Shown here: positions 15,875 through 25,879 of the stretch, piece after piece
Layout: the number at the start of each line of letters is the position of its first letter
How positions within the stretch are numbered: the first letter of the stretch is position 1
DNA from: Verrucomicrobiia bacterium
Lineage (GTDB): Bacteria; Verrucomicrobiota; Verrucomicrobiia; Limisphaerales; UBA1319
NCBI GenBank assembly: GCA_963664225.1
Contig: OY760937.1
Location: 4,000,001-4,064,000 of the forward strand
Direction: 5' to 3'
Length of the DNA: 64,000 bases
The notes under the pieces: generated by a model
What the model saw: only the letters and a program-made list of their open reading frames with translations
Databases searched by the model: none
Told to the model about the DNA's origin: nothing
Translations under genes and position numbers: made by a program

Positions 15875-18394
15875 TTACTCCGCCCGGACGCGGAGGTTAT
15901 CGAAGGTTGCTGCGGCGGATTGATACTGGCGCACTCCAATGGCGCCCGAGGCGTAAGTCGAATCGGTGACGACCAGTTTGGGCTGTTTCGATTCCGGCTG
16001 GTCATCCACAAACACGCTGATTTTCGAGCCGCGGGCCACGATCTTCAAGTGATGCGGCTTTCCCGCTTCGATTTGGAGTGGTGCGGAAGCGAGGCTCTTG
16101 TAGTGACTGCCATCGGCAAGGCCCAACTGCACATTGCCACCTTCAGCCGACAGGCCCACGTAGTATCCCAGATAGGCGTCGGCGCCCATCGCTGGTTTGG
16201 TGACGCGGAAGATCACGCCCGCATTTCCCTTGGAGCCGACCACCACATCCGCCTCGTAGGTGAAGTCCGCGAAGCGCGCGCCCGTGGCCACCGCTTTGAC
16301 TCCGGGCCAGACGCCACCGCCCTCATTCGAGGCCGGCTTGAGCACGCCATTGCGAACCATCCACCCGCCACCATAAGTAATCCAGCCCGCCATGCTGCCA
16401 TCATCGAACAAGGCGTTGAACGTCTTGAGCGTCGTGGCGGGCGCGCCGATCCAGGGCATGTCAGTGACCCGCAAACTCAGAGCGCCAAATGGGGCCAGGG
16501 TGATGGATTGTACCGGTTCAGCAGACTGTACCGGGCTGTAAGGTGGATCGAGCGCCATGCGTCCGTAGGCCGCGAGCCCCCAGTCCGGGAGCCTTTGCGC
16601 TTTGGCCGTGATGGTGACCGGCGGATTTTGAAACGGACTCTCGGTCATGGGCTGCCGGGTGAGCTTCAACGAAGCTGCCGGATTCTTCGGATCGATGGCC
16701 AGCGCGTAGTTCCACGGGGATTCCGGGGTTATCTCAAATTCGTGGAAGCCGCTTTTTTCGCGAGTGGCGACGGTCCATTGCTCCTTGATGCGCAGGGAGA
16801 AGAGCAGGGGACCGCTGGTGATGTGCAGGGAATTGTTGACGCCTTTCACGGCGCGCAATGGCATGGGCAGATCGACGGTGACGACATCGCCCGGGGTCCA
16901 GGTGCGTGTCAGCGTGTGAAAACTGCCGGGTTTGACGCCGCCTTGTTTTCTGCCATTGACCTTGACCACCGGTTTGGCGCACCAGGACGGAATGCGGAGC
17001 TTCAAGGGAAAGGCTGTCGGAGCTTCCGGTTTGACCGTGAAACGAACCTGCTCCTCGAAGGGATAGCCCGTCTCCTCGACAATGCGCACCGCGGTGCCAG
17101 CGCCCTGGCCGACCTTGGCGGAGACCGTGGTGGGCGCGTAGGCGAGAACCGCCAGGCCATTGTCGTCCGTCGCAGCCCAACTGTTCATGGTGAACTTGGG
17201 CCAGCCCATGTGGACATTGTAGCAGCAGCAGTGGCAGCCTGAATGCGGCCCGGGGAGCAACGCGTCATCGTAGTCCTGGAGAAAACCGTTTGCACTTCGT
17301 TTGGCGATGACTTCGTTAGCCAGGGTGTAGTATTGGTAGCCGCGGATGTCCTTGGTCCAGGCTGCGGGCAGGGCGTTAAAGGCGAGCGTCTCGAGATGAT
17401 CGCCAAGGGCGGCATCGCCCAAAATCTGAAGCGAGGTTTCGTCGCTCAACATCTGTTCGACAATGGAGCAGAACTCCACACCCTGGCCTGAGCTGGTGCC
17501 GGAGAGAAATTCGCTGCCCGAATTGATTCCAAACGAGGTGCCGTGATCGCGCATAAGCTGGCGTTGTCCCTCATAAATGGATTCGCGGTCCTCTTTTGCG
17601 CCGGAACGCTGCCAGTAAACCGGCGGCAGCTTCATGGCCTGCGGAATATTCACATTATGCTTGGGATGAAAATCGTCGCCGAACCATTGAAATTGATTCT
17701 GGTGGTGAATGGCCACCCAGTCGTAGGCCTGCTTTTTGAGCAGGTCGGCCAGTTCGAGCAGGAAGGCATCGCCCGTGCGGTTGTAGAGCCAGAACGCCGT
17801 CTCCATGTCGTCCCCGGCGCGGGCCTTGCCCCAATCGCGCAGCGGGCGTCCCGGCAATGCTCCCAGCATGTGGCGATAGTAGCGCGTCAAAAAGGGAATC
17901 ACCCGGGCATCGCCGATGGCATCGGCGTAATCGCGCAAAACATGGTTCATCACCATGCGCGGCCACCAATCGTCATTGCTGGTCGGCCCGTAAAAACCAT
18001 CAGCGCGCTGGCTGTTTAAGGCCCATTCGATCCATTTTGTCGATTTGGCCTTCAGGTCGGCATCGCCCAAGGTGTACGCCAGCGGCACCAGGCCCTTGAC
18101 GAAGTAGGGGCCCTTCTCCCAATTCTCGCCCTTGCCACCGAGCCAGCCGTTGCTGGAGTCCAGTTCGGGAATCGCCTCCTCGCCGTGTCCGGTCAGGCCG
18201 TCGCGCTGGAGCTCGAGTTGTTTCAGCAGCCAGCCATTGGCCTGCACGCTGCCCAGAGGCAGGGCGGTGAAGGGCTTTTCGTGCAATGGGGCGCGGTTGT
18301 CGATGTAGAGGGTGTTTGCCGCCTGGACGGATCCGAAGGTCAGCAGTGCCAGGGAGAGCAGGCCCGCTCTTTGCAATAGGGATGATAGTTTCAT
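15875..18394 (-). CDS. Secreted GH127/GH146-like beta-L-arabinofuranosidase with C-terminal DUF1080/ConA-like domain
   Basis: Signal peptide from ATG 18394; LPLGSVQANGWLLKQL, WEKGPY, HNVN, EFCSIVE and HCCCYN catalytic/Zn motifs; C-terminal FADFTYEADV...GNAGVIFR...SGAIGVR...FDNLRV. Confidence 0.85.
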   Translation of the reverse strand: MKLSSLLQRAGLLSLALLTFGSVQAANTLYIDNRAPLHEKPFTALPLGSVQANGWLLKQLELQRDGLTGHGEEAIPELDSSNGWLGGKGENWEKGPYFVKGLVPLAYTLGDADLKAKSTKWIEWALNSQRADGFYGPTSNDDWWPRMVMNHVLRDYADAIGDARVIPFLTRYYRHMLGALPGRPLRDWGKARAGDDMETAFWLYNRTGDAFLLELADLLKKQAYDWVAIHHQNQFQWFGDDFHPKHNVNIPQAMKLPPVYWQRSGAKEDRESIYEGQRQLMRDHGTSFGINSGSEFLSGTSSGQGVEFCSIVEQMLSDETSLQILGDAALGDHLETLAFNALPAAWTKDIRGYQYYTLANEVIAKRSANGFLQDYDDALLPGPHSGCHCCCYNVHMGWPKFTMNSWAATDDNGLAVLAYAPTTVSAKVGQGAGTAVRIVEETGYPFEEQVRFTVKPEAPTAFPLKLRIPSWCAKPVVKVNGRKQGGVKPGSFHTLTRTWTPGDVVTVDLPMPLRAVKGVNNSLHITSGPLLFSLRIKEQWTVATREKSGFHEFEITPESPWNYALAIDPKNPAASLKLTRQPMTESPFQNPPVTITAKAQRLPDWGLAAYGRMALDPPYSPVQSAEPVQSITLAPFGALSLRVTDMPWIGAPATTLKTFNALFDDGSMAGWITYGGGWMVRNGVLKPASNEGGGVWPGVKAVATGARFADFTYEADVVVGSKGNAGVIFRVTKPAMGADAYLGYYVGLSAEGGNVQLGLADGSHYKSLASAPLQIEAGKPHHLKIVARGSKISVFVDDQPESKQPKLVVTDSTYASGAIGVRQYQSAAATFDNLRVRAE

Positions 18395-18509
18395 GCGTTT
18401 GACAGGTGGAGGGTAGCGAAAATCGTTTATGATAAAAAACAAAAAACCCGAAAATCCGTTCGTTGTTACTGATCGGATCTTCGGGTTGCAGTGAATCGTT
18501 ATGCCCTGT

Positions 18510-21137
18510 TTATTTTGCGGCAGTGACGGGGACCACATCGACAATGCCGGCGTCGAGGAACTGGCCGCCCCGCGTTTGGATGCAGTGGATGGCGATGGTG
18601 TTTTTGCCCGGTTTCAACGTGGCTTTGGCGGCGGCGGAGATGGCTTCCTCCTCGTAGGCGGAAACGAAGCCGCTGAGGCTCGCTGCCAGGACGCCGTTAA
18701 TATAGACCGTGGCATCCTCGTCGTGATCGATCGACAATTGGAGATTGCTCCATTTCCCGGCGGGCATTTCAAACTCGCGGCGAATCCAGATGTTATCGGT
18801 ATTCCAGGTGGTGCGCACGATTCCGCCCGGGGTGCCTTTGGTACCGAAACCAGCCTCGCCCTCATTCCAGGCCGTGGCATCGAAGTCCGGTTTGAACCAG
18901 CCATCAGCGGGTTTTTTCATGGTGTAATGCCACTTCAAAGGCTCTTTGGTGGAGTCCGGAACCACGACAACCGTCTTGGGCGGAACCGGCAGCGCGGCCC
19001 AGTGCGCGGAGCGGGTGGTGTCCCGTGCGGCCCATTTCTTCCAGATCGCCTTGTCATAAAGCATTTTCAGGAACACGCCGCCAACAACCGGACGACTGTG
19101 CATGAAGGCGTGATGACCGCTGACGGTGTTGTAGGCATCGCCCATGCCCACGCGCTCGGGCGTTTCATTCACGTACCGGTAAACAGGGCTCATGATGGTC
19201 TCGAAATCGGCGGCATCGCCCGTCAGGCAGGCGGTCCACAAGCTCCAATCCAATTTTGCCAGGTCACCCTTGCCCCGGTAATCCAGGGAAACACCGAACG
19301 GATTCAACTTCGTCTTGTAGAAATCCATTTCCTTGCGCAGCACTGAATCGGGGAAGATGTCCAGGCCGAGGATTTTATCCCAGACCATGTTATACTTCTG
19401 GCTCCAGCTGCCCTGTTTGTCGAAGGCCAGCCGGAAATGGTCGCCATCATTGGCTTCCTTGACCCAGCGTTCGGCGAAAGACTTGGCCAGATCATGACAC
19501 GCCTTGGCTTCAGCCTTGTCCCCGTGCATCTCGCGCAAGTAGCCATACGAAGCCAGGCCCAGGATGGCCTTGGCCGAGAGGTTCACGTTGTGAGCCAGGT
19601 GCCCCATGAAGTCATCTGTGCAGAGCTGGTTTTCAGGATCGAATCCCTTGTCCTTGAGGTAATCCGCCCATCGTTTGAGTGTGCCCCAATAAGGAGCGAC
19701 GAAATCGACGTTGCCTTCCATTTGCGCCAGCGCGGCGACCAGGATGAGCATGTTGCCGGTTTCCTCCACCGGCATCTGGTTCTCCTCGGTCAATTCGCCA
19801 CCGCCGTACACCTGGGCGTTGGCCTTGGGATAGGTGCCCATATCGTGCGGCGCGAAAGGCCATTTCCACCGCGGTGAACTGGCGTAGTCCAGATTGGAAA
19901 CCAACATGGCCTTGGTCAGCGAGGGGCCGAAGAGCAGAAATTGGGGCGCCATCGGGTAGATGATATCCACGGTGCCGATGCAGCCGTTGCTGGTGTTTTC
20001 CTTGGGGAACAGCAGGGGTTGGCCGTTTTCATCTGCGGCGATCTTGTTGCCGGCCAGACATTGACGGTAGGCCAGTGCGCAGATCTGGGCGTATTTCTCA
20101 CCACCCACTTTGCGGAGATCCGCCATCAATTCGTTATCGAAGGCAACACATTGTTTGGTCAGGGAAACGTAGTCGCGGGCGGCTTCCGTTAGAAGACCGG
20201 CGGCATCCAAACCGTTACGACGCCAGTAGGGGCGCAGGTTCTTCTTGAAATATTGGATGCTGTATTGGTCGTCATAGGCGAGGACCAGCCAGCGCGACAC
20301 GGGTTTGTCCCCCACCTTGCCCATGGCAAAAGTCAAGGCGGCCACGGGCGTTTGCGCGCCCACGTTGACCGCGGACGGCATGCTGGGCGCCGGTTCCTTG
20401 GAAAGGGCGCCGGTGTTTACGAATGCCTCGCGGCTTTTCACCGAAACCACGCCGTAGGAGGTCGTCTGACGCACAGGCGCGGCCGCATACATATAACCCC
20501 AATCAATCCGGCGATCATCCCCGGTCTTTCCGAGAACTTGTTGATCTTTGGAACCGAATTTCACGGCCGCGAGTCGTCCGACTTTCTCGGATGAACCGGT
20601 CACCTGCTGGGCCGGATCGTCCACCACGGCTTCGGCGGTGTTATCGTAATAGACCGAAACGGCGTGTTTTGCGCCATCCACCGATTTGGCTTCCCAGGTC
20701 AGGTAGGTCACCGGCCGGGACAAGAGGTCGATGTTTCCGGGCAACGCGGGCGTCATAAAGGTCAGTGTCAGATGCACCCCGGCGTCCTCGAACTGATAAA
20801 TGGTGCGCGTGGGCAGGACTTCCAAGCCGGTTTGTTTCATCGGCGCGACACCGGAGGGTTCAGCCCCCATGACGCGAAAGGCACGGTCGTCGATCCGCAC
20901 CATGCTTGTGAGTTGGTTCGCTTTGCGGGTCCAATGCGTGGTGGGAACATCGGTGAGGCGGTCTGCACCGGACCAGATGCTAAAATAAGGATCGCAGGCC
21001 ACCAGGGGCACTGCGGGTGGGCGCAAATTGGGTTGGGCTGCCTGGGCGGGTAGAATAATTGCGGCGGTGGCAAGCAGCGCGCCGAGTAAGCCGTCGGCCA
21101 TTCGACGCCAACCAGGTCTCGTATGGGTAAGTTTCAT
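18510..21137 (-). CDS. Glutaminase A-like (DUF5127/DUF4965/DUF1793) secreted protein with C-terminal galactose-binding-like domain
   Basis: RPPAVPLVACDPYFSIWS, KENTSNGCIGTVD, APHDMGTYP, MPVEETGNM, QLCTDDF.GH, WSQKYN, SRPVVGG motifs; C-terminal IWIRREF...HDEDA.VYING...KPGKNTIAIHC. Confidence 0.85.
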   Translation of the reverse strand: MKLTHTRPGWRRMADGLLGALLATAAIILPAQAAQPNLRPPAVPLVACDPYFSIWSGADRLTDVPTTHWTRKANQLTSMVRIDDRAFRVMGAEPSGVAPMKQTGLEVLPTRTIYQFEDAGVHLTLTFMTPALPGNIDLLSRPVTYLTWEAKSVDGAKHAVSVYYDNTAEAVVDDPAQQVTGSSEKVGRLAAVKFGSKDQQVLGKTGDDRRIDWGYMYAAAPVRQTTSYGVVSVKSREAFVNTGALSKEPAPSMPSAVNVGAQTPVAALTFAMGKVGDKPVSRWLVLAYDDQYSIQYFKKNLRPYWRRNGLDAAGLLTEAARDYVSLTKQCVAFDNELMADLRKVGGEKYAQICALAYRQCLAGNKIAADENGQPLLFPKENTSNGCIGTVDIIYPMAPQFLLFGPSLTKAMLVSNLDYASSPRWKWPFAPHDMGTYPKANAQVYGGGELTEENQMPVEETGNMLILVAALAQMEGNVDFVAPYWGTLKRWADYLKDKGFDPENQLCTDDFMGHLAHNVNLSAKAILGLASYGYLREMHGDKAEAKACHDLAKSFAERWVKEANDGDHFRLAFDKQGSWSQKYNMVWDKILGLDIFPDSVLRKEMDFYKTKLNPFGVSLDYRGKGDLAKLDWSLWTACLTGDAADFETIMSPVYRYVNETPERVGMGDAYNTVSGHHAFMHSRPVVGGVFLKMLYDKAIWKKWAARDTTRSAHWAALPVPPKTVVVVPDSTKEPLKWHYTMKKPADGWFKPDFDATAWNEGEAGFGTKGTPGGIVRTTWNTDNIWIRREFEMPAGKWSNLQLSIDHDEDATVYINGVLAASLSGFVSAYEEEAISAAAKATLKPGKNTIAIHCIQTRGGQFLDAGIVDVVPVTAAK

Positions 21138-21364
21138 ATTATCCTGCCACCATAACCGTCAGAACTTGTCCCCTACAAGCCGCATGAAGTGGGGACACGC
21201 TTGAAGGCGTGGCGATACGAAAGCCCAATAAGCGCTCCGCGCCAGCGTGCAGAACGGGAGAAAACGGGCTGAAATGTTGACGGTGAGAAAAGAAACTGCG
21301 GATTCAAGCCTGCCGGGGGCTGTTCTCCCGGCAGGTTGATGCGGTATTTTATATGCGCTCTGAA

Positions 21365-22660
21365 TTACTCAATCCTGCACAGACGGGCGGTGTAAGCGCC
21401 ATCCACGCCGTCGGTGAAAGGGGCGAGCGCCCGTTCAGCAGACAACGTAAAATCGGGATTTTCCTTCAGGAACGTGTGAACCACCTCCTGGTTTTCCTCC
21501 GGTTCGAGGCTGCAGGTGCTATAGACCATGGTACCGCCCGGTTTCAGTTGGCCGGCGCACTGGCGCAAAATGCCCGACTGGCATCGGCTCAGGCGCTCGA
21601 TTTCCTCAGGGCGCAAACGCCAGCGCAAATCCACGCGCCTGCGCATCACGCCGGTATTGGAGCATGGGGCATCGACGAGGATGCGATCGAATTGCACGCC
21701 AGTGGGCGCGGTGAGGGTTGAGGATTGGATCTTTGCGCAGGTGACACTCAGGCGCGCGCAGTTTTCCTCCACCAACTTGAGCCGCATGGTATCCATGTCT
21801 TCGGCGACAAGCTGACCCTGGTTCTTCATCAATTGGGCAATGAAAGCTGTCTTCCCGCCAGGTGCGGCACAGGCGTCGAGGATGGTTTCTCCCGGTTGCG
21901 GGGCCAAAGTGGCCACGGCGAGCAAGGTGCTGGGGTCCTGGAGATAAAATAGTCCTTTCTGGAAACTCGGCAGGGTCGCCAGCGGTGGATGGTTTTTTAG
22001 TTCATACACCGTGCCTGTGTCGAGCCAATCGCACATTTTTGGGGCGTACTCGACCTGTTCGGTCTGCCAGAGGGCCATGAGGTCGCCCACGTTGCCTCGC
22101 AGCGTATTGAGCCGGGCAAAGGTGGGGGGAGGAGTGTTGTTCCAATCCATCAATTGGATCGCTTTATCGACCCCGAAGCGGGTTTGCCACCGGTCATAGA
22201 GCCATAAGGGGTGTGAATATCCCAAGGCGGGCTGTTCTGTCCTTAGGAGCGCCAATAGGGCGACAGTTTGTTCACGCTCCCGTCCATACCCGCGCAAAAC
22301 GGCATTGACGAATCCGGCCTGGGACGAGAAACCGCGCTTCTTGGCCAGTTCCACCGTTTCGTTGACGGCGGCGTAGTTGGGCACGCGATCGAGCCAGAAC
22401 ATCTGGTAGAGGCCAAGTTGCAACAATGTGCGCAACAATGGCTTTTGAGGACGACCGGCGGTTTTGCGGTCGATCATCCAGTCGAGGGTGGCCTGGGCAC
22501 GGACGACTCCATAGACCAGTTCCTGCAACAAGCGCCGATCCGGCGCGGAGAGGCTCGTTTCAAAGAGCGCTTGTTCCAGACGTTTCTCGACGTATTCCTG
22601 CCCTGAGAGGCCAGGGCTTAAAACTTCGACCGCAATTTCTCTTGGTTTTGGCAAATGCAC
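21365..22660 (-). CDS. rsmB: 16S rRNA m5C967 methyltransferase RsmB/Sun
   Basis: NusB-like N-terminus; LDACAAPGGKT, FDRILVDAPCSNTG, YSTCSLEPEEN. Confidence 0.92.
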   Translation of the reverse strand: MHLPKPREIAVEVLSPGLSGQEYVEKRLEQALFETSLSAPDRRLLQELVYGVVRAQATLDWMIDRKTAGRPQKPLLRTLLQLGLYQMFWLDRVPNYAAVNETVELAKKRGFSSQAGFVNAVLRGYGREREQTVALLALLRTEQPALGYSHPLWLYDRWQTRFGVDKAIQLMDWNNTPPPTFARLNTLRGNVGDLMALWQTEQVEYAPKMCDWLDTGTVYELKNHPPLATLPSFQKGLFYLQDPSTLLAVATLAPQPGETILDACAAPGGKTAFIAQLMKNQGQLVAEDMDTMRLKLVEENCARLSVTCAKIQSSTLTAPTGVQFDRILVDAPCSNTGVMRRRVDLRWRLRPEEIERLSRCQSGILRQCAGQLKPGGTMVYSTCSLEPEENQEVVHTFLKENPDFTLSAERALAPFTDGVDGAYTARLCRIE

Positions 22661-22705
22661 GCGGTAATAATGTCAGACTATTGAGTTCAGACGAGAAATA
22701 AAACT

Positions 22706-24574
22706 ATGAGAGACGAGTTAGAGAAATTAGTGGCAGCAGGCAGAATCAACCGCCAACACGTCGAACCTCTCATGCAGTTGGCGCAGTCGGGGTACTGTAT
22801 GCACAAGAGTTGGGGCTTCGGGCGCATCACAACGGTCGATACGATTTCCAGCCGGTTCATGATCGATTTCAGCTCCAAGCCCGGCCATTCGATGGACCTG
22901 GCTTTTGCAGCGGAATCCCTCAAACCCATAGCCAAGGATCACATTCTGGCCCGAAAGGCAGCGGATATCACCGGTGTGCGCCAGATGGCCGCCCTGCATC
23001 ACCTGGATCTCATCAAGGTCGTACTGCAAAGCTATGGCGGCAAGGCCACTCTGGAGCAGATCCAGAAGGCGCTCGTGCCTGATGTTATTTCCGAGGATTG
23101 GCGCAAATGGTGGGAAGCGGCCCGGCATGAATTGAAAAAAGACGGGCATTTCCAATTGCCGAATAAGAAGAGCGAGCCGGTCATGTATCAGCCTGAGGTT
23201 CTTTCGCAGGAAGATCGGTTGATGTGCGATTTCAAGGCGGCCAAGGGGCTCAAGGCCCGGTTGACCCAAACCCAGGAAATCATCAAGACCCTCAGCGATT
23301 TCAAAGATTCAAAGGCGATTGCCGCCCAAGTGCTCGAACTGCTCAACACGGAGATCGGCACCCACCAAAAAAACCAGCCCTCGCTGGCCCTCGAAGCCAT
23401 TTTCGTTCGTGACGAAGTCTATAAGGCTGCGGAAATTGAGCCCGATGGCTCAGCACTGACTGCGAAAGCCGTCTGGTCATTGAATCCAAGCCTGGACGAA
23501 GTCATCGATCCGATGCCCACCGCCCGTCACAAGCAGGCGCTGCATTCCTTCAGGGACTCCAACAAGGAAGACTGGGATCGCAAACTCCTGGAGTCCCTTA
23601 ATTCCGCTTCGACCAAACTGTGTGGTGAAGCCGCCGATGTTCTCATTGAAGAAGGCCACCTGACCCAGATCAAGGAATTGGTGGTGCGTTTGATCAGCCA
23701 GCATGCCGCAAGCAGTGAATTGTTGCTGTGGCTCGCCAAGGAGCGTTCCGATTCCTTCGCCGATATTCTGGGGCCTGAAGTTTTCCGCGCCATGCTTACC
23801 GCCATTGAGCGCGACCAGTTTAATGAGAAAAAGTCCAATCGCCTGCGCGATTTCATCCTGGACGACAAATCCCTGCTGGTTGAATTGATTGAATCGGCCG
23901 ACATCGAGGTGATCAAGGATTTGACGCGCACCCTGCAATTGTCGCCGAGCTTCGATGACATGGACAAACGTTCGCTTCTGGCCCGCATTGTGAAGCATTT
24001 CCCAGTCATTCAAGCGCTCATCTCCGGGGATCAGCATGCGCGTCAGGACACCAGCCTGGTCGTTTCCTGGTCGAGTCTCGAGCGTCGCAAGGACGAATAC
24101 ACGGAGCTGGTGCACAAGAAAATCCCGGCCAATTCCAAGGAAATTGCGATTGCGCGCAGCTATGGGGATTTGCGCGAGAACCATGAATACAAGGCGGCCA
24201 AGGAGATGCAGAAAATCCTGATGCGAAACAAGGCCGAATTGGAAAATCAACTCGGACGCTCCCGGGGCACTGATTTCGCCAATCCTCGCACCGACGTGGT
24301 GAGCATTGGCACCCGCGTGCGCGTGACCGATCTGATCACCTCTAATGTGGAGACTTACGCCATTCTGGGGGCGTGGGACTTCGACGCCGAGAAGAGCATC
24401 ATCAGCTACCTCACGCCGATGGCTCAAGGGATGCTCAATCACAAGCCGGGCGACGAGGTTGAATTTGAGCTTGAGGGCGCGAAGAAGCGGTATCGGGTTG
24501 AGGCGATCGAGGCTTATAAAATGCAGGGCAGCAAGGAAGCGGGTTCGGAAGTCCAAGCCCAGCCACAGGTCTGA
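22706..24574 (+). CDS. greA: Transcription elongation factor GreA with large N-terminal extension
   Basis: C-terminal IAIARSYGDLRENHEYKAAKE...ISYLTPMAQGML...GDEVEF; about 450 extra N-terminal residues. Confidence 0.9.
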   Translation: MRDELEKLVAAGRINRQHVEPLMQLAQSGYCMHKSWGFGRITTVDTISSRFMIDFSSKPGHSMDLAFAAESLKPIAKDHILARKAADITGVRQMAALHHLDLIKVVLQSYGGKATLEQIQKALVPDVISEDWRKWWEAARHELKKDGHFQLPNKKSEPVMYQPEVLSQEDRLMCDFKAAKGLKARLTQTQEIIKTLSDFKDSKAIAAQVLELLNTEIGTHQKNQPSLALEAIFVRDEVYKAAEIEPDGSALTAKAVWSLNPSLDEVIDPMPTARHKQALHSFRDSNKEDWDRKLLESLNSASTKLCGEAADVLIEEGHLTQIKELVVRLISQHAASSELLLWLAKERSDSFADILGPEVFRAMLTAIERDQFNEKKSNRLRDFILDDKSLLVELIESADIEVIKDLTRTLQLSPSFDDMDKRSLLARIVKHFPVIQALISGDQHARQDTSLVVSWSSLERRKDEYTELVHKKIPANSKEIAIARSYGDLRENHEYKAAKEMQKILMRNKAELENQLGRSRGTDFANPRTDVVSIGTRVRVTDLITSNVETYAILGAWDFDAEKSIISYLTPMAQGMLNHKPGDEVEFELEGAKKRYRVEAIEAYKMQGSKEAGSEVQAQPQV

Positions 24575-24595
24575 TTCAAACCGGAATGAAATTTG

Positions 24596-24625
24596 AAAAC
24601 CGCGGGTTAACGCCCGCGGTTTTTT
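24596..24625. terminator. Bidirectional intrinsic terminator
   Basis: AAAACCGCGGG-TTAACG-CCCGCGGTTTTTT between convergent genes. Confidence 0.8.
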
Positions 24626-24660
24626 ATTGTTATGCCAGCGCTGAGAGTGGTGGCGGTCTG

Positions 24661-25788
24661 CTATTGCTTAACCCCGGTGAGGCTGCGTAAGAAATCGACT
24701 TCAAGCGTGCTATAAGGCGTACCGTTTTTGCGGAAGATGTCGTGAAACCATACCGGCGGCTCGCCCGCGTAGGTTTTTTCCCAGGAATCCCAGGGATAAA
24801 TGGTCTGGGTCTTCCCCGAGACAAATCCCCAATTATATGCGCCCACTTTCGCCGCTTTCAAATAGGGGAGGATTATTTCGAACGTGCTGCCCGCGGGACG
24901 CGCCATGTATTCGGTGCAGAGAATTGGACGATGATAACGCTGGAGGGAGGCAACGCGCCCCTTCATTTCGTCGAGTTTTCCATAGTTATGAAAGGAAATG
25001 ACGTCGGAGTTCTCAAACATGAACCGGTCGATTTCCGAGAGTTTATCCGTACTGGTCCAGTCGCCCATCCACGGCGCGGCAGTCAATGGCTGGGTGGGAT
25101 TGACCTCGCGGGCCCAGGCGAATGCTTTCTTGATGAGCATCAGGGAATACTCGGCCTTGTTGGCAGGCTCGAATTTCACATAAGCCGGGCGGTTGATATT
25201 GTCGGGTTCGTTGAAGAGGTCCCAAGCATGGATTCGTTTGTCTTTGCGGAAATGGCTGATCACTCCCTGGATGTAGGGTTTCAATTCGTCGTGCCGGGCG
25301 GGGTCCTTGAGAATGAGCAGGCCCGGACACTGGACCCAGCCTGAATTGTGCAGATGCGGTTTGGGTTCGCGTTGCAGACCGGATTGGGGGAATGGATCCC
25401 AGCAGGCGTCCATCAGGACGAATATGACGCCGATGTGGTGTTTGTCAGCCAGAGTCAGGAATTTATCGATGCGCGCCACGAACCCTTTGGAATCCTGTCG
25501 CCAGGGAATATTATGCAAAAAGACCCGGATGCTGTTGAACCCCAACTCCTGGGCCCACTGCAATTCACGGTCGATCGTGTCGGTGTCGAACGTTTCAGCC
25601 TGCCACATTTCCAACTGGTTGATGGCCGTGCTGGGTGAGAAATTACAGCCGACGAGCCAGCCTTTTTTGGCCTGCCAGGCCATCGCCTTGTCCGCAGGCC
25701 AGGGGCCGGGTTCGGTCTTGGCGCCAACGGTTGCTGCGGCCACGAGGGCCAGAACAACCGCGAGGGCCCATTGAAAGAGTTTCTTCAT
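24661..25788 (-). CDS. Secreted GH5-like glycoside hydrolase (clan GH-A)
   Basis: Signal peptide from ATG 25788; AINQLEMWQ, GFNSIRVFLH, WDLFNEPDN, SFHNY, CTEYMAR, NWGFVSGKTQT. Confidence 0.85.
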   Translation of the reverse strand: MKKLFQWALAVVLALVAAATVGAKTEPGPWPADKAMAWQAKKGWLVGCNFSPSTAINQLEMWQAETFDTDTIDRELQWAQELGFNSIRVFLHNIPWRQDSKGFVARIDKFLTLADKHHIGVIFVLMDACWDPFPQSGLQREPKPHLHNSGWVQCPGLLILKDPARHDELKPYIQGVISHFRKDKRIHAWDLFNEPDNINRPAYVKFEPANKAEYSLMLIKKAFAWAREVNPTQPLTAAPWMGDWTSTDKLSEIDRFMFENSDVISFHNYGKLDEMKGRVASLQRYHRPILCTEYMARPAGSTFEIILPYLKAAKVGAYNWGFVSGKTQTIYPWDSWEKTYAGEPPVWFHDIFRKNGTPYSTLEVDFLRSLTGVKQ

Positions 25789-25879
25789 AATATTAAACAG
25801 GGGATCATCATTAATGGAACGCGATGTTGAAGTAAACCTTTCCCTGCTGGGAATACGGTTTTCCACAGTTGATGGAGGG

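Noticed and set aside
15698..17242. 514-aa plus-strand ORF
   Set aside because: Antisense to GH127, Arg/Gly/His-rich and without motifs; a typical high-GC shadow
23477..24556. 359-aa ORF antisense to greA; likewise 33658-35052, 40646-42376, 54431-55648, 56050-57048 and 61871-63577
   Set aside because: All lie opposite well-supported genes and reflect codon bias; no recognisable domains
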